Assembly (NCBI RefSeq): GCF_009914755.1
Contig: NC_060942.1
Strand: one strand, 5' to 3'
Source of the DNA: the human T2T-CHM13v2.0 reference genome, Homo sapiens
DNA length: 64,000 nucleotides
Positions 61,701 through 64,000 of the stretch are shown here, piece by piece (positions within the stretch are counted from its first letter, which is position 1; every line of letters starts with the position of its first letter). A program made the position numbers and the translations under genes. Below the pieces are notes generated by a model that had not been told where the DNA came from, did no database searches, and saw nothing but the letters and a program-made list of their open reading frames with translations.

Positions 61701-64000
61701 GAAGCATTCTCAGAAACTTACTCGTGATGTGTGTCCTCAACTAAAGGAGTAGAACCTTTCTTTTCATAGAGAAGTTTTGAAACGCTCTTTTTGTGGAATC
61801 TGCAAGTGGATATTTGGCTAGTTTTGAGGATTTCGTTGGAAGCGGGAATTCATACAAATTGCAGACTGCAGCGTTCTGAGAAACATCGTTGTGATGTTTG
61901 TATTCAGGACACAGAGTTGAACATTCCCTATCATAGAGCAGGTTTGAATCACTCCTTTTGTAGTATCTGGAAGTGGACATTTGGAGCGCTTTCAGGCCTA
62001 TGTTGGAAAAGGAAATATCTTCCCATAACAACTAGACAGAAGCATTCTCAGAAACTTATTTGAGATGTGTGTACTCAACTAAGAGAATTGAACCACCGTT
62101 TTGAAGGAGCAGTTTTGAAACACTCTTTTTCTGGAATCTGCAAGTGGATATTTGGCTAGCTTTGGGGATTTCGCTGGAAGCGGGAATACATATAAAAAGC
62201 ACACAGCAGCGTTCTGAGAAACTGCTTTCTGATGTTTGCATTCAAGTCAAAAGTTGAACACTCCCTTTCATAGAGCAGTCTTGAAACACCCCTTTTGTAG
62301 TATCTGGAACTGGACTTTTGGAGCGATTTTAGGGCTAAGGTGAAAAAGGAAATATCTTCCCATAAAAACTGGACAGAAGCATTCTCAGAAACTTGTTTAT
62401 GCTGTATCTACTCAACTAACAAAGTTGAACCTTTCTTTTGATAGAGCAGTTTTGAAATGGTCTTTTTGTGGAATCTGCAAGTGGATATTTGGCTAGTTTT
62501 GACGATTTCGTTGGAAGCGGGAATTCATACAAATTGCAGACTGCAGCGTTCTGAGAAACATCTTTGTGATGTTTGTATTCAGGACACAGAGTTGAACATT
62601 CCCTGTCCTAGAGCAGGTTGGAATCACTCCTTTTGTAGTATCTGGAAGTGGACATTTGGAGCGCTTTCAGGCCTATTTTGGAAAGGGAAATATCTTCCCA
62701 TAACAACTATGCAGAAGCATTCTCAGAAACTTGTTTGTGATGTGTGCCCTCTACTGACAGATTTGAACCTTTCTTTTCATAGAGCAGTTTTGAAACACTC
62801 TTTTTGTAGAATCTGCAAGAGGATATTTGCATAGCTTTGAGGATTTCGTGGGAAACGGGATTGTCTTCAGGTAAAATCTAGACAGAAGGATTCTCAGAAA
62901 CTTCTTTGGGATGTTTGCATTCAAGTCACAGAGTAGAACATTCCCTTTGGTAGAGCAGGTTTCAAACACTCTTTTTGTAGTATCTGGAAGTGGACATATG
63001 GAGCGCTTTCAGGCTCATGTTGGAAAGGGAAATATCTTCCCGTAACAACTAGGCAGAAGCATTCTCAGAAACTTATTTGAGATGTGTGTACTCAACTAAG
63101 AGAATTGAACCACCGTTTTGAAGGAGCAGTTTTGAAACACTCTTTTTCTGGATTCTGCAAGAATATATTTGCCTAGCCTTGAGGATTTCGTTGGAAACTG
63201 GATTGTCTTCAGATAAAATCTAGACAGAAGCATTCTCAGAAACTTCTTTGGGATGTTTGCATTCAAGTCACAGAGTAGAACATTCTCTTTGGTAGAGCAG
63301 GTTTGAAACAATCTTTTTTTAGTATATGGAAGTGGACATTTGGAGCGCTTTCAGGCCTACGTTGGAGAAGGAAATATCTTCCCATAACAACTAGACCGAA
63401 GCATTCTCAGAAACTAGTTTCTGATGTGTGTCCTCAACTAACACAGTTGTACATTTCTTTAGACAGAACAGTTATGAAACACTCTTTTTGTGGAATCTGC
63501 AAGTGGATATTTGGCTAGATTTGAGGATTTCGTTGGAAACGGGATTACATATAAAAAGCAGTCAGCAGCATTCTCAGATAGTTCTTTGTGATGATTGCAT
63601 TCAAGTCACAGAATTGAAAATTCCCTTTCACAGAGCAGGTTTGAAACACTCTTTTTGTAGTGTGTGTAAGTGGACATTTGGAGCGCTTTCTGGCCTAAGG
63701 TGAAAAAGGAAATATCTTCCCATAAAAACTAGACAGAAGCATTCTCAGAAACTTACTCGTGATGTGTGTCCTCAACTAAAGGAGTAGAACCTTTCTTTTC
63801 ATAGAGAAGTTTTGAAACGCTCTTTTTGTGGAATCTGCAAGTGGACATTTGGCTAGTTTTGAGGATTTCGTTGGAAGCGGGAATTCATACAAATTGCAGA
63901 CTGCAGCGTTCTGAGAAACATCTTTGTGATGTTTGTATTCAGGACACAGAGATGAACATTCCCTATCATAGAGCAGGTTTGAATCACTCCTTTTGTAGTA
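46750..64000 (+). repeat. Tandem ~9.5-kb (56-monomer) super-repeat, second copy truncated by the window end
   Basis: Unit order and rare variants recur at an offset of 9509-9510 bp, e.g. variant ORFs 48837/58346, 52948/62457 and 53794/63303. 4-mer segments start at 50302, 52337, 59811 and 61846. Confidence 0.88.

Larger units (their letters stand above)
1..64000 (+). repeat. Alpha-satellite higher-order repeat array, dimeric organisation; most likely human chr18 centromere D18Z1 (8-mer 1360 bp / 12-mer 2035 bp)
   Basis: The alphoid motif cattctcagaaac (or gttctgagaaac) recurs every ~170 bp, and a CENP-B box occurs in every second monomer. Units are near-identical with EcoRI periods of 1360 and 675 bp. 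The chr18 assignment rests on recalled D18Z1 1.36/0.68-kb EcoRI fragments and its 12-mer, not on a search, so it is less certain (~0.8) than the alpha-satellite call. Confidence 0.98.

Noticed and set aside
584-63703. Hundreds of 61-133 aa ORFs on both strands
   Set aside because: They recur with the satellite period, overlap in all frames, and gain or lose stops and frames through single changes. They are typical alpha-satellite translations, not genes.
1-64000. CRISPR-like arrangement of a conserved motif with intervening sequence
   Set aside because: The intervening sequences are themselves homologous monomers rather than unique spacers. There are no cas genes and the DNA is primate satellite.
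1-64000. L1/Alu insertion or inversion within the array
   Set aside because: Every EcoRI interval is an even number of monomers to within 1 bp, and all boxes lie on the + strand. I saw no poly(A) tails or foreign sequence.

Overview
The whole 64-kb window is one uninterrupted, single-orientation array of primate alpha-satellite DNA: about 375 monomers of ~170 bp, alternating between CENP-B-box and A-type monomers. It contains no genes, RNA genes or mobile elements, and every ORF in the track is a repeat artefact. A conserved EcoRI site (gcggGAATTCatac) occurs 52 times and divides the array into 51 units: 32 of ~1360 bp (8-mer), 11 of 675 bp (4-mer), 4 of ~1702 bp (10-mer), 2 of 1018 bp (6-mer) and 2 of 2043 bp (expanded 8-mers). 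An 8-mer plus a 4-mer gives a 2035-bp 12-mer. This pattern best fits, from recall rather than a search, the human chromosome 18 live centromeric higher-order repeat (HOR) D18Z1 (suprachromosomal family 2). I found no new gene system. The points of interest are architectural: several independently derived HOR variants with mappable crossover points, paired 12-mers, 3.06-kb and 9.5-kb tandem super-repeats, haplotypes shared over 35-44 kb, one dense mutation cluster, and CENP-B box CpG losses that are all transversions.
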